A stretch of DNA of 63,435 bases. Source: Macrostomum lignano. Taxonomy: Eukaryota. A program made the position numbers and the translations under genes. Each line of letters opens with the position of its first letter. The stretch's first letter is position 1. The notes beneath the pieces were generated by a model that made no database searches, was not told where the DNA came from, and saw only the letters and a list, made by a program, of their open reading frames with translations. The stretch lies in NCBI GenBank assembly GCA_002269645.1, contig NIVC01004037.1, positions 1 through 63,435 of the forward strand, given 5' to 3'. This document shows, in pieces, positions 41,721-55,700 of this stretch.

Positions 41721-42627
41721 GTATTTCTGTGTTATTGTTAAATGCGGATTGGCCCATATTGTTGATATTTGGAATCTTCAATCATTCCTGCTAAATTGAT
41801 AAATTCGATCATTTGACATTGCTGGAGAGTTTCAGCCCCTAAAAAGTGTTGTCTTTGAACTAATTAGCTCGTAGTCAATGAATTTTTGCTTCAAGCTCTT
41901 CAATTCATTCCAGCAATAAGTGTTTTGCTTATTTTAATTTTCACTGTTTAATCTGTTTGTTCCAATCCCCAGCTACCGGTCAAGTCCCCCCCATTTAACA
42001 GTTTGGATCAACCTTGATGCGACCCGCTGCAATGATATTTTATTCCGATCTGCTAACAGATTATGCTGCACACATGCACAAGCACTTCGAGCATTCCAAA
42101 GTTTACACAAAATCAACTCTATACTAAGCTTTTCTGTCGATCTTAGTTAGCTGTATCTTTAATGTGAATTTGCAGTCGCCCCTTCTCCACTATTACAGTA
42201 GTGTTCTCAAATTGTCTCATATTGAAATCTTTTTAATTCCTGTGTGACAGTCCTAGCGCGCTGTGAACTCAAATTCATTATTTATATTATTATAAGTTAT
42301 TATAATAATTATTATTATTATTATAATAAATATTAAAATATTTTCCTGTGTTATTGTGTCTGTCAGCCATATGCTAATTGTGAGATAAAGTGATCTTACC
42401 TCTTAATTCGTTTTGGCCTATAGTTGAGTTAGTGTTGGCATGTAGAAATTTATAGTTAATTTCATCATCTATTTCTATGAATACTAAATTAATATTATCA
42501 ATATATAGTCAGCTTTTCAGCTTGTCACAGACACTGTGCTTTGCTCTGTGCTCTGAATGCAAAGTAAAATCAATTTAAAACTGATTGCGCAAAACTATTT
42601 TTAATCTTTTGATTTCTGGGATGGGTC

Positions 42628-43600
42628 TGAGGGTCTGATTAGAGATGCAGGGTCTGACTAGAGATGCAGGGTCTGAGTAGAGATGCAGGGTCTGACTAGA
42701 GATGCAGGGTCTGACTAGAGATGCCGGGTCTGAGTAGAAATGCAGGGTCTGACTAGAGATGCAGGGTCTGACTAGAGATGCAGGGTCTGACTAGAGATGC
42801 AGGGTCTGAGTAGAAATGCAGGGTCTGACTAGAGATGCAGGGTCTGAGTAGAAATGCAGGGTCTGACTAGAGATTCAGGGTCTGAGTAGAAATGCAGGGT
42901 GTGAGTAGAGATGTATAGGGTCTGAGTAGAGATGTAGGGTCTGAGTAGAGATGTATAGGGTCTGAGTAGAGATGTAGGGTCTGAGTAGAGACTTGGAGGT
43001 CTGAGTAGAGACTTGGAGTTCTGAGTATAGAGATGTAGGGTCTGAGTAGAGACTCTGAGGTCTGAGTAGAGACTTGGAGGTCTGAGTAGAGACTTGGAGA
43101 TCTGAGTATAGACTTGGAGGTCTGAGTATAGAGATGTAGGGTCTGAGTAGAGACTTGAGGTCTGAGTAGAGATGTAGGGTCTGAGTAGAGACTTGAGGTC
43201 TGAGTAGAGACTTGGAGGTCTGAGTAGAGACTCTGAGTATAGAGACTTGAGATGTAGGGTCTGAGTAGAGACTTGAGGTCTGAGTAGAGATGTAGGGTCT
43301 GAGTAGAGACTTGAGGACTTGAGGTCTGAGTAGAGATGTAGGGTCTGAGTAGAGACTTGAGGTCTGAGTAGAGACTTGAGGTCTTAGTAGAGATGTAGGG
43401 TCTGAGTAGAGACTTGGAGGTCTGAGTAGAGACTTGGAGGTCTGAGTATAGAGATGTAGGGTCTGAGTAGAGATGTAGGGTCTGAGTAGAGATGTAGGGT
43501 CTGAGTAGAGACTTGGAGGTCTGAGTAGAGACTTGGAGATCTGAGTATAGACTTGGAGGTCTGAGTATAGAGATTTAGGGTCTGAGTAGAGACTCAAATG
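42628..43600. repeat. 19/20-bp minisatellite family (GGGTCTGAGTAGAGATGCA, grading to GGTCTGAGTAGAGACTTGGA)
   Basis: Periodicity visible; variant changes along the array. Confidence 0.95.
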
Positions 43601-44112
43601 TTTGAGTAGAGGGTCTCAATCGGCAAATTCAGTCCATGGAGTCGCACCGCCCCCCCCCAGTAGCAGTTCCAACAACCCTATCACAAAGCAAACAATGCAA
43701 TGCAGCAATCGAGTTTTAGGGCAAATGATTCTATTTATCATCAAAGTTTTGCAAGCGAGTCTCGGGGCAACGCCAGTGTGTCACTGCCGCTTCAGTCTCT
43801 TTGCATTTCACCGAAATCTCGGGCTCGCATCTGCGGCTCTGGAGAGTTTGCTTTTAGGCCGCACGAGTATCGGATTCTGGCTTTGCTTTTGTGTGTTTGC
43901 TTTTGCTTGCCTGGCGCTCGAGCAGGCCTAGAGAGGAAGCTGGTGCGCTGGTTCATCTCTCTGTGCTATCTCTACACTGGATGGAGCCCGGTGCTGCTAA
44001 TTAGCATAATTGCTAGCTTTCCTGCATAATGACCGTTTAGGTGGGTCCGTTTCCTATGGCAGCTCGGGTCTGAGCTGGTTTCGGCTTTTCTGCATTGGAA
44101 TGCATGTAGCTA

Positions 44113-44752
44113 GCGCCATCAAGAGAGACTGTGAGGCGCCATCAAGAGAGACTGTGAGGCGCCATCAAGAGAGACTGTAAGGCGCCATCAAGAGAGACTG
44201 TGAGGCGCCATCAAGAGAGACTATGAGGCGCCATCAAGAGAGACTGTGAGGCGCCATCAAGAGAGACTGTGAGCGCCATCAAGAGAGACTGTGAGGCGCC
44301 ATCAAGAGAGACTGTGAGGCGCCATCAAGAGAGACTGTGAGGCGCCATCAAGAGAGACTGTGAGGTGCCATCAGGAGAGACTGTGAGGTGCCATCAGGAG
44401 AGACTGTGAGGTGCCATCAGGAGAGACTGAGGCGCCATCAAGAGAGTCTGTGAGGTGCCATCAATATAAACTGTGAGGTGCCATCAGGAGAGACTGTGAG
44501 GCGCTATCAAGAGAGACTGTAAGGCGCTATCAAGAGAGACTGTGAGGCGCCATCAAGAGAGACTGTGAGGCGCCATCAAGAGAGACTGAGGCGCCATCAA
44601 GAGAGACTGTGAGGCGCCATCAATATAAACTGTGAGGTGCCATCAGGAGAGACTGTGAGGTGCCATCAGGATAGACTGAGGCGCCATCAAGAGAGACTGT
44701 GAGGCGCCATCAAGAGAGACTGTGAGGCGCCATCATTAGAGACTGTGAGACG
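44113..44752. repeat. 23-bp minisatellite (GCGCCATCAAGAGAGACTGTGAG)
   Basis: Period 23, ~28 copies. Confidence 0.95.
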
Positions 44753-45384
44753 CTAAAATTGGCGTAAGGTAATATAAGTAAATTTAAAATTTTTTAGCTC
44801 ACCTTGTTTTTATATGGCAAGCAATATGTCGGCAATAAAAATCGTATAGGCGAGTGCAGTGATGTTCCTCTGCACGCGATAAGAGACTCAAGTAGTTCCG
44901 ACCCGGTCAAGCTGAAAATTATAAGACAGCAGGGATTCATTCGTAGCGCGCTCGAGCGCAGAATTTGAATAGCTATAAGGAAAACTTGCAAAACAGTGCT
45001 CCGGCTACTCCAGCTCAGCTCGAATCGAAACACATCGCCAGGTGCACTCCGGATAAGGAAGCGGTTTTTTACAGATTTTCTGAAAACCTGACTAGAAGTA
45101 TTCGAGTGCTACCGTGAGGCATTTCACACACGACAGCTGAGAGCGCCTATATGTATCGAAAATAAATTATTACAATTGTAGATTAAAGACAGAGAGATAG
45201 ATGACGGAGAGTGAGATTAGAGACAGATCTAGAGAGATAACGGAAGAGGAAGATGAGGGAGAGTGAGATTAGAGACAGAGAGAGAGAGCGGTAGAGATGA
45301 GGGAGAGTGAGATTAGAGACAGAGAGAGAGAGCGGTAGAGATGAGGGAGAGTGAGATTAGAGACAGAGAGAGAGTGGTAGAGAT

Positions 45385-47620
45385 AAGACACTAAGACACT
45401 AAGACAGACACTAAGAAACTAAGACACTAATACAGACACTAAGACACTAAGACACTAATACAGACACTAAGACACTAAGACACTAATACAGACACTAAGA
45501 CACTAAGACACTAAGACACTAATACAGACACTAAGACACTAAGACACTAATACAGACACTAAGACACTAAGACACTAATACAGACACTAAGACACTAAGA
45601 CACTGAGACAGACACTAAGACACTAAGACACTAAGACAGACAATAAGACAGACACACAGACAGACACTAAGACAGACACTAAGACAGACACTAAGGCAGA
45701 CACTAAGACAGACACTAAGGCAGACACTAAGACAGACACTAAGACAGACACTAAGACCGACACTAAGACAGACACTAAGACAGACACTAAGACAGACACT
45801 GAGAAAGACACTAAGACAGACACTAAGACAGACACTAAGACAGACACTAAGACAGACACTAAGACAGACACTAAGACAGACACTAAGACAGACACTAAGA
45901 CAGACACTAAGACAGACACTAAGACAGACACTAAGACAGACACTAAGACAGACACTAAAGACACTAAGACAGACACTAAAGACACTAAGACAGACACTAA
46001 AGACACTAAGACAGACACTAAAGACACTAAGACAGACACTAAGACAGACACTAAGACACTAAGACAGACACTAAGACACTAAACACAGACAGACACTAAG
46101 ACAGACACTGAGACACTAAGACACTAAAGACACTAAGACAGACACTAAAGACACTAAGACAGACACTAAAGACACTAAGACAGACAGACACTAAGACAGA
46201 CACTAAAGACACTAAGACAGACACTAAGACAGACACTAAGACAGACACTAAGACAGACACTAAGACACTAAAACAGACACTAAGACAGGCACTGAGACAG
46301 ACACTAAGACAGACACTGAGACAAGCACTGAGACAGACACTAAAACAGACACTAAGACAGGCACTGAGACAGACACTAAGACAGACACTGAGACAAGCAC
46401 TGAGACAGACACTAAGACCGACACTAAGACAGACACTCAGACAGACACTAAGACAGACACTAAAGACACTAAGACAGACACTAAGACACTAAGACAGACA
46501 CTAAGACAGACACTAAGACAGACACTAAGACAGACACTAAGACACTAAGACAGACACTAAGACAAGCACTGAGACAGACACTAAGACCGACACTAAGACA
46601 GACACTAAAACAGACACTAAGACAGACACTAAAGACACTAAGACAGACACTAAAGACACTAAGACGGACACTAAAGACACTAAGACAGACACTAAGACAG
46701 ACACTAAGACAGACACTAAGACAGACACTAAGACAGACACTAAGACACTAAAACAGACACTAAGACAGGCACTGAGACAGACACTAAAGACACTAAGACA
46801 GACACTAAAGACACTAAGACAGACACTAAAGACACTAAGACAGACACTAAAGACACTAAGACAGACACTAAGACAGACACTAAGACAGACACTAAGACAC
46901 TAAAACAGACACTAAGACAGGCACTGAGACAGACACTAAGACACTAAAACAGACACTAAGACAGGCACTGAGACAGACACTAAGACAGACACTAAGACAA
47001 GCACTGAGACAGACACTAAGACCGACACTAAGACAGACACTAAGACAGACACTAAGACAGACACTAAAGACACTAAGACAGACACTAAAGACACTAAGAC
47101 AGACACTAAGACAGACACTAAGACAGACACTAAGACACTAAGACAGACACTAAGACAAGCACTGAGACAGACACTAAGACCGACACTAAGACAGACACTA
47201 AGACAGACACTAAGACAGACACTAAAGACACTAAGACAGACACTAAAGACACTAAGACAGACACTAAAGACACTAAGACAGACACTGAGACAGACACTAA
47301 GACAGACACTAAGACAAGCACTGAGACAGACACTAAGACCGACACTAAGACAGACACTAAGACAGACACTAAGACAGACACTAAAGACACTAAGACAGAC
47401 ACTAAAGACACTAAGACAGACACTAAGACAGACACTAAGACAGACACTAAGACACTAAGACAGACACTAAGACAAGCACTGAGACAGACACTAAGACCGA
47501 CACTAAGACAGACACTAAGACAGACACTAAGACAGACACTCAGACAGACACTAAGACAGACACTTAGACAGACACTAAGACAGTCACTAAGACAGACACT
47601 AAGACAGACACTAAGACAGA
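45385..47620. repeat. (GACACTAA)/(GACACTAAGACA)n 8/12-bp repeat
   Basis: Directly visible; source of the VSVL pseudo-ORFs. Confidence 0.96.
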
Positions 47621-48069
47621 CATACCAATCGACCCACTGTTTCGCACACGCGAGCTGATCTGCACTTTAGTCCCTGCCGACATTGACAAGCCATAAAGCT
47701 GGCAGCAGACGGGCCTGAGTCTCACTGTGCCGGCGAAGCACGAGAATTCCTCTTGAAGGGGAAGGGGGTGGAACGTGACGCGAGTTTCCTGCGGCAATGT
47801 CGCATTCCGCATCGGAGGCTGTCTAGAAGTGAAAGCGCGCCAGTCTTCACTGTGCAGCTGTCATAGCTGGTCGAGGACTTCGCATCCGGTGCAGAGACCT
47901 CTGGTTCTCGAGCTTCCTCTGATGCAGATTGAAAGAATTGAAAATTAAAGATTAAAATTTATTTGAATAGTACTGAGAGGAAGGGGTAGGAGGGATGGGA
48001 AGCAGAGAGAGAAAGGGTGGGTAGGGACAGAGAATTGGAGACAGGAAGAGAGCCGGAGCAGGGCAGGGA

Positions 48070-48310
48070 ATGGAGAGGGGAAGGCAGAGAAGGGAGAGAG
48101 GGAGACAGAGAAGGGAGAGAGGGAGACAGAGAAGGGAGAGGGGGAGGCAGAGAAGGGAGAGGGGAAGGCAGAGAAGGGAGAGGGGAAGGCAGAGAAGGGA
48201 GAGGGGAAGGCAGAGAAGGGAGAGGGGAAGGCAGAGAAGGGAGAGGGGAAGGCAGAGAAGGGAGAGGGGAAGGCAGAGAAGGGAGAGAGGGAGACAGAGA
48301 AGGGAGAGAA
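48070..48310. repeat. 21-bp purine-rich repeat (GGGGAAGGCAGAGAAGGGAGA)
   Basis: About 11 copies. Confidence 0.93.
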
Positions 48311-48649
48311 GCAGACAAAGTAACCTGGAGACTCCAGAGGCAGGTGAGTCAATCAGCAAGTCAATTAGCTTTGTCCAGCAACTACACAAAATAATTGCAT
48401 CTTCTTGAATGGCCGCATTTCTGCTAATCCGATTATTCGAGAACTCAATCATCTTGTCGCCCCATTAAACTGTCTCTAAGCGAGAACTCGTTTGCAGAGG
48501 AGGGAATTCCTTTGCTGATCAAGTGTGCGTGACCTGCTACAAAAGGAGCAAGCAGTTTCTAGACAAGCGATGCTTTTTCGATTTGCATAATTGGGCACAC
48601 GCTTGATCATAAGGAACGAGTCTGAAGTGCTCAAAGGTTTGAGCTCATC

Positions 48650-49050
48650 ATGAGGGACTTCATGGGTTCGTTAGGGACTTCATGAGTTCGTGAGAGACTT
48701 TGTGAGTTCGTGAGGGACTTCATGAGTTCGTGAGGGACTTCATGAGTTCGTGAGGGACTTCATGAGTTCGTGAGGGACTTCATGAGTTCATGAGGGACTT
48801 CATGAGTTCGTGAGGGACTTCATGAGTTCGTGAGGGACTTCATGAGTTCGTGAGGGACTTTATGAGTTCGTGAGGGACTTCATGAGTACATAGGTAATTT
48901 CTTGAATGAGTTTGTGTTGAGCATGTAGTTGAGTTTATGATTGAGTTTATGGTTGAGTTCATGATTGATGGTTGAGTTCATGGTTGAGTTCATGGTTGAG
49001 TTCATGGTTGAGTTCATGGTTGAGTTCATGGTTGAGTTCATGGTTGAGTT
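48650..49050. repeat. 20-bp (CATGAGTTCGTGAGGGACTT) then 12-bp (GTTGAGTTCATG) tandem repeats
   Basis: Directly visible; the two share GAGTTCATG. Confidence 0.92.
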
Positions 49051-49554
49051 CTTCATCACCTACTAGAAAAAGGTCTAGTCAAAATCAAATTTTGTTCCTC
49101 AATTCTCTAATGAATTTCTGTCAATACCACCTGAAATTCATGCGGGCAGCCTTCGCTTCTCTCATTTCCATTTTACCTGTTATTGGCGGGGAGACAAAAA
49201 CGCTGAAAAACCCAGGCTTACCCGGGCTCCGGTTCAGCCAATCAGCCGAGCTGATGGTAAATTCTGAGCGAGTCTCTTTGCATTTTTAATCTGTCTGTCT
49301 CTCGCGTATCGCCTCTCCCAGATCCCCGCACTCGCAGTGACTCGGCCTACTGTAGGTACAGCACTCAGTTTTAAATTGCAATTTGCAAAAAATAATTGCC
49401 CCAATTCTTCAGATACAGCATTGCCTGAGGCCTGAGCCCTGATTGAAACGGTGAGAGGCGGATTTTGAGTTGCTCATTTTGATAAAACAGTTCGCAATGA
49501 AAATAATTTGCCCAACACTCGGCGCCTTCAAACTCACGCCCCCTTCTTTTTCCT

Positions 49555-50055
49555 CCCTGCACCTTGCTCCCTGCTCCCTGCTCCCTGCTCCCTGCTCCAT
49601 GCTCCCTGCACACTGCTCTCTGCACCCTGCTCCCTGCTCCCTGCTCCCTGCTCCCTGTTCCCTGTTCCCTGCTCCCTGCTCCCTGCTCTCTGCTCCCTGC
49701 TCCCTGCTCCCTGCTCCCTGCTCCCTGCTCCCTGCTCCCTGCTCCCTGCTCCCTGCTCCCTGCTCCGTGCTCCCTGTTCCCTGCTCCTTGCTCCCTGCAC
49801 ACTGCACACTGCACCCTGCACCCTGCTCCCTGCAACCTGCTCCCTGCTCCCTGCTCCCTGCTCCCTGCTCCCTGCTCCCTGCAACCTGCTCCCTGCTCCC
49901 TGCACACTGCAACCTGCTCCCTGCTCCCTGCACACTGCACCCTGCACCCTACTCCCTGCAACCTGCTCCCTGCTCCCTGCTCCCTGCACACTGCACCCTG
50001 CACCCTGCACCCTGCACCCTGCACCCTGCACCCTGCACCCTGCACCCTGCACCCT
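49555..50055. repeat. 7-bp repeat (CTGCTCC/CTGCACC)n
   Basis: Directly visible; source of the PAPCSLL pseudo-ORFs. Confidence 0.96.
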
Positions 50056-50577
50056 ATTTCTACACCAGAATTTTACCAAATTACGGAATCATCTTAGCTC
50101 GTAGCTTAATTGAAAACGAGCCTTACGTGGCAATTATTCTTGCAGCTAAATATCCATCATCATTTTTAACAAAAAGAGCCGAAAAAGCGGAGTCAAGGAA
50201 CTACAAACAATTTAATCCCCCTGTGTTACAATAGGAAGCCCATCCCACACTGCGTCAACGTTAGCGTCCATTTATTCAGAAAAAATATATTCTTTCCATT
50301 ATTATCAAAAATAAATTCTCACACCAAACAGAAAAATCTGCCTGTATATCTGCAGGCTGTACAGGGAATTTCTCGCGCACATCCACCTATGGGAGGTAAT
50401 GGAAGGCACGAGGCGAAAGCACGTTTTGTTCCTAGCATAATCAATGAGGTGGAAAGCTTAGTGGCACAGATGCGTTCCGATGGAGACTGGGGGTGTCTGC
50501 GGGGACTGCACTGAGGCGTTGGGCGACGGATGGTTGAGACTAGAAATGAGTTAGGGAAGGAGCTGGGATGATAATAG

Positions 50578-51373
50578 AGTTGAGAGAGTCAGGGGTTGAG
50601 AGAGTCAGGGGTTGAGAGAGTCAGGGGTTGAGAGAGTCAGGGGTTGAGAGAGTCAGGGGTTGAGAGAGTCAGGGGTTGAGAGAGTCAGGGGTTGAGAGAG
50701 TCAGGGGTTGAGAGAGTCAGGGGTTGAGAGAGTCAGGGGTTGAGAGAGTCAGGGGTTGAGAGAGTCAGGGGTTGAGAGAGTCAGGGGTTGAGAGAGTCAG
50801 GGGTTGAGAGAGTCAGGGGTTGAGAGAGTCAGGGGTTGAGAGTCAGGGGTTGAGAGAGTCAGGGGTTGAGAGAGTCAGGGGTGGAGAGAGTCAGGGGTTG
50901 AGAGAGTCAAGGGTTGAGAGAGTCAGGGGTTGAGAGAGTCAGGGGTTGAGAGAGTCAGGGGTTGAGAGAGTCAGGGGTTGAGAGAGTCAAGGGTGGAGAG
51001 AGTCAGGGGTTGAGAGAGTCAGGGGTTGAGAGAGTCAAGGGTTGAGAGAGTCAGGGGTTGAGAGAGTCAGGGGTTGAGAGAGTCAGGGGTTGAGAGAGTC
51101 AGGGGTTGAGAGAGTCAGGGGTTGAGAGAGTCAGGGGTTGAGAGAGTCAGGGGTTGAGAGAGTCAGGGGTGGAGAGAGTCAGGGGTTGAGAGAGTCAGGG
51201 GTTGAGAGTCAGGGGTTGAGAGAATCAGGGGTTGAGAGAGTCAGGGGTTGAGAGAGTCAGGGGTTGAGAGAGTCAGGGGTTGAGAGAGTCAGGGGTTGAG
51301 AGAGTCAAGGGTTGAGAGAGTCAAGGGTTGAGAGAGTCAGGGGTTGAGAGAGTCAGGGGTTGAGAGAGTCAGG
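50578..51373. repeat. 16-bp minisatellite (TGAGAGAGTCAGGGGT), ~50 copies
   Basis: Period 16. Confidence 0.97.
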
Positions 51374-51818
51374 AGAGAGAAGATGCAGAGAAAAAAGAAG
51401 TTCGGTCAGCAGTCGCTGATTCCGGCTTTCAAGCTGAGCATAGAAAAGCAGTCTGACTTCTCTCGGGCAGTTTCTCACCAACTCTGACTCAATTCTGTCT
51501 TCCAGCCAAGAAGAAAATTAGTTTTCTAGTCTTCTCTGCTCAATTTCTCCAACAGATGGTGAAATGTTTTTTTCATTAACGGCTGCAATTCTTTGAATCC
51601 CAAAGTCGGCCCGATCCCTACGGCTGAGCAGCGAAAATCAGCTCTTTATTTATTGAGGTTTGCATTTTAAACAGCTCTAATTTTCGGGAACCTGCGTTAA
51701 TTTCATTTTCTTGTGGAGATTAAAGTACATTTTCTAAGAAATTGCTGCTGAAAACATGTCTCTGCTGGTGCTTTGCGTCAGCCACCGGAATTAATTTTAA
51801 CTGGGAGGTTGTAAATAA

Positions 51819-51819
<1 letters not shown>

Positions 51820-51896
<77 letters not shown>

Positions 51897-51897
51897 G

Positions 51898-51950
<53 letters not shown>

Positions 51951-51986
51951 TAGTGTCTGTCTGTCTGTCTGTCAGTCTGTCTGTCG

Positions 51987-52040
<54 letters not shown>
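51820..52040. repeat. (TCTG)n microsatellite
   Basis: Directly visible. Confidence 0.97.
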
Positions 52041-52041
<1 letters not shown>

Positions 52042-52767
52042 CTTGAATCTGTCTGGATGCCTGTCTCAGAGTCAGTCTGCCATCTTAGGCTAAGCAGTCA
52101 ATAATTCATAAACCCCTCTCGCTTCTCAGCGACTCTCAACGGGCGCAGAGATGCTGTGAATTTCCAGGAAAATCGGGACGGTTGTGAATCTTTACTGAAT
52201 TTTTAATAATTCCTCAAAGACAGACTTCAAGAATCGGATTTGCTATGCGCAACCCCCCCTCAAAAACCAGATGACATGCGTAAGCGTCCTGGACTCAGAT
52301 TTTCAGACAGTCAGAAGGCGGCGAGAGGAACATCAGCAACTCGAATTTCGTGCCCAAGTCCCGCCGCTGGGCTGCTCACGCAGGCAGAATTCTGTTGACA
52401 GAAAAACAACAGAGATGAAAGCAGAGACTGGTGCAGGGGGCAGCCGGGGGGCTCGAAACTGGAATAGTGAATTATTAGCTGAAGGAGGAAGCTGGGAGTT
52501 GCTGAGATGCCAGCCAAGAAGCCTGCGCACTTGACTCCGCTGTTCAGGCGGGTGCTTTATGGAAACCGACAAGCGACGGTTGATGCATGGGCAAACAAGC
52601 ATAGCAGCCTGTTCTACTACTCCATTCGGACAATTCGCCACTTAGTAAAACTCTACGGCTTCATCCGGGTTTCCGTCTGGGCTTTCTCTCCTCCTCTGGT
52701 TTGCCCTTCCTGTGCTCACATTTTATGTTTCTGTTCATCTCCCCTCTCACTCTCTCCCCATCTAGCG

Positions 52768-55700
52768 CCCTGTCTCTCTCTACATCCTCTCTCCCTGTCT
52801 CCCTGTCTCTCTCTCCCTGTCTCTCTCTCCCTGTCTCTCTCTCCCTGTCTCTCTCTCCCTGTCTCTCTCTCCCTGTCTCTCTCTCTCTCCCTGTCTCTCT
52901 CTCCCTGTCTCTCTCTCCCTGTCTCTCTCTCCCTGTCTCTCTCTCCCTGTCTCTCTCTCCCTGTCTCTCTCTCCCTGTCTCTCTCTCCCTGTCTCTCTCT
53001 ACATCCTCTCTCCCTGTCTCCCTGTCTCCCTGTCTCTCTCTCCCTGTCTCTCTCTCCCTGTCTCTCTCTCCCTGTCTCTCTCTCCCTGTCTCTCTCTCCC
53101 TGTCTCTCTCTCCCTGTCTCTCTCTCCCTGTCTCTCTCTCCCTGTCTCTCTCTCCCTGTCTCTCTCTCCCTGTCTCTCTCTCCCTGTCTCTCTCTCCCTG
53201 TCTCTCTCTCCCTGTCTCTCTCTCCCTGTCTCTCTCTCCCTGTCTCTCTCTCCCTGTCTCTCTCTCCCTGTCTCTCTCTCCCTGTCTCTCTCTCCCTGTC
53301 TCTCTCTCCCTGTCTCTCTCTACATCCTCTCTCCCTGTCTCCCTGTCTCCCTGTCTCTCTCTCCCTGTCTCTCTCTCCCTGTCTCTCTCTCCCTGTCTCT
53401 CTCTCCCTGTCTCTCTCTCCCTGTCTCTCTCTCCCTGTCTCTCTCTCCCTGTCTCTCTCTCCCTGTCTCTCTCTCCCTGTCTCTCTCTCCCTGTCTCTGT
53501 CTCCCTGTCTCTCTCTCCCTGTCTCTCTCTCCCTGTCTCTCTCTCCCTGTCTCTCTCTCCCTGTCTCTCTCTCCCTGTCTCTCTCTCCCTGTCTCTCTCT
53601 ACATCCTCTCTCCCTGTCTCCCTGTCTCTCTCCCTGTCTCTCTCTCCCTGTCTCTCTCTACATCCTCTCTCCCTGTCTCCCTGTCTCTCTCCCTGTCTCT
53701 CTCTCCCTGTCTCTCTCCCTGTCTCTCTCTCCCTGTCTCTCTCTCCCTGTCTCTCTCTCCCTGTCTCTCTCTCCCTGTCTCTCTCCCTGACTCTCTCCCT
53801 GTCTCCCTGTCTCTCTCCCTGTCTCCCTGTCTCTCTCTCCCTGTCTCCCTGTCTCTCTCCCTGTCTCCCTGTCTCCCTGTCTCTCTCCCTGTCTCCCTGT
53901 CTCTCTCCCAGTCTCCCTGTCTCTCTCTCCCTGTCTCTCTCCCTGTCTCTCTCTCCCTGTCTCTCTCTCCCTGTCTCTCTCTCCCTGTCTCTCTCTCTCT
54001 CCCTGTCTCTCTCTCCCTGTCTCTCTCTCCCTGTCTCTCTCTCCCTGTCTCTCTCTCCCTGTCTCTCTCTCCCTGTCTCTCTCTCCCTGTCTCTCTCTCC
54101 CTGTCTCTCTCTCCCTGTCTCTCTCTCCCTGTCTCTCTCTCCCTGTCTCTCTCTCCCTGTCTCTCTCTCCCTGTCTCTCTCTCCCTGTCTCTCTCTCCCT
54201 GTCTCTCTCTCCCTGTCTCTCTCTCCCTGTCTCTCTCTACATCCTCTCTCCCTGTCTCTCTCTCCCTGTCTCTCTCTCCCTGTCTCTCTCTCCCTGTCTC
54301 TCTCTCCCTGTCTCTCTCTCCCTGTCTCTCTCTCCCTGTCTCTCTCTCCCTGTCTCTCTCTCCCTGTCTCTCTCTCCCTGTCTCTCTCTCCCTGTCTCTC
54401 TCTCCCTGTCTCTCTCTCCCTGTCTCTCTCTCCCTGTCTCTCTCTCCCTGTCTCTCTCTCCCTGTCTCTCTCTCCCTGTCTCTCTCTACATCCTCTCTCC
54501 CTGTCTCCCTGTCTCCCTGTCTCTCTCTCCCTGTCTCTCTCTCCCTGTCTCTCTCTCCCTGTCTCTCTCTCCCTGTCTCTCTCTCCCTGTCTCTCTCTCC
54601 CTGTCTCTCTCTCCCTGTCTCTCTCTCCCTGTCTCTCTCTCCCTGTCTCTCTCTCCCTGTCTCTGTCTCCCTGTCTCTCTCTCCCTGTCTCTCTCTCCCT
54701 GTCTCTCTCTCCCTGTCTCTCTCTCCCTGTCTCTCTCTCCCTGTCTCTCTCTCCCTGTCTCTCTCTACATCCTCTCTCCCTGTCTCCCTGTCTCTCTCCC
54801 TGTCTCTCTCTCCCTGTCTCTCTCTACATCCTCTCTCCCTGTCTCCCTGTCTCTCTCCCTGTCTCTCTCTCCCTGTCTCTCTCCCTGTCTCTCTCTCCCT
54901 GTCTCTCTCTCCCTGTCTCTCTCTCCCTGTCTCTCTCTCCCTGTCTCTCTCCCTGACTCTCTCCCTGTCTCCCTGTCTCTCTCCCTGTCTCCCTGTCTCT
55001 CTCTCCCTGTCTCCCTGTCTCTCTCCCTGTCTCCCTGTCTCCCTGTCTCTCTCCCTGTCTCCCTGTCTCTCTCCCAGTCTCCCTGTCTCTCTCTCCCTGT
55101 CTCTCTCCCTGTCTCTCTCCCTGTCTCCCTGTCTCTCTCCCAGTTTCCCAGTCTCTCTCTCTCCCTGTCTCTCTCCCTGTCTCCCTGTCTCTCTCCCAGT
55201 TTCCCAGTCTCTCTCTCCCTGACTCTCTCCCTTTCTCCCTGTCTCTCTCCCTGTCTCCCTGTCTCTCTCTCCCTGTCTCCCTGTCTCTCTCCCTGTCTCC
55301 CTGTCTCCCTGTCTCTCTCCCAGTCTCCCAGTCTCTCTCTCCCAGTCTCCCAGTCTCTCTCTCCCTGTCTCTCTCCCTGTCTCTCTCCCAGTCTCCCTGT
55401 CTCTCTCTCCCTGTCTCTCTCCCTGTCTCTCTCCCTGTCTCCCTGTCTCTCTCTCCCTGTCTCTCTCCCTGTCTCTCTCCCTGTCTCCCTGTCTCCCTGT
55501 CTCTCTCCCTGTCTCCCTGTCTCTCTCCCAGTCTCCCAGTCTCTCTCTCCCTGACTCTCTCCCTGTCTCTCTCCCTGTCTCCCTGTCTCCCTGTCTCTCT
55601 CCCAGTCTCCCAGTCTCTCTCTCCCAGTCTCCCAGTCTCTCTCTCCCTGTCTCTCTCCCTGTCTCTCTCCCAGTCTCCCTGTCTCTCTCTCCCTGTCTCT

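Noticed and set aside
43700-44029. 109-aa ORF with two hydrophobic C-terminal stretches
   Set aside because: No recognisable family; an overlapping ORF of equal length exists in another frame; consistent with chance.
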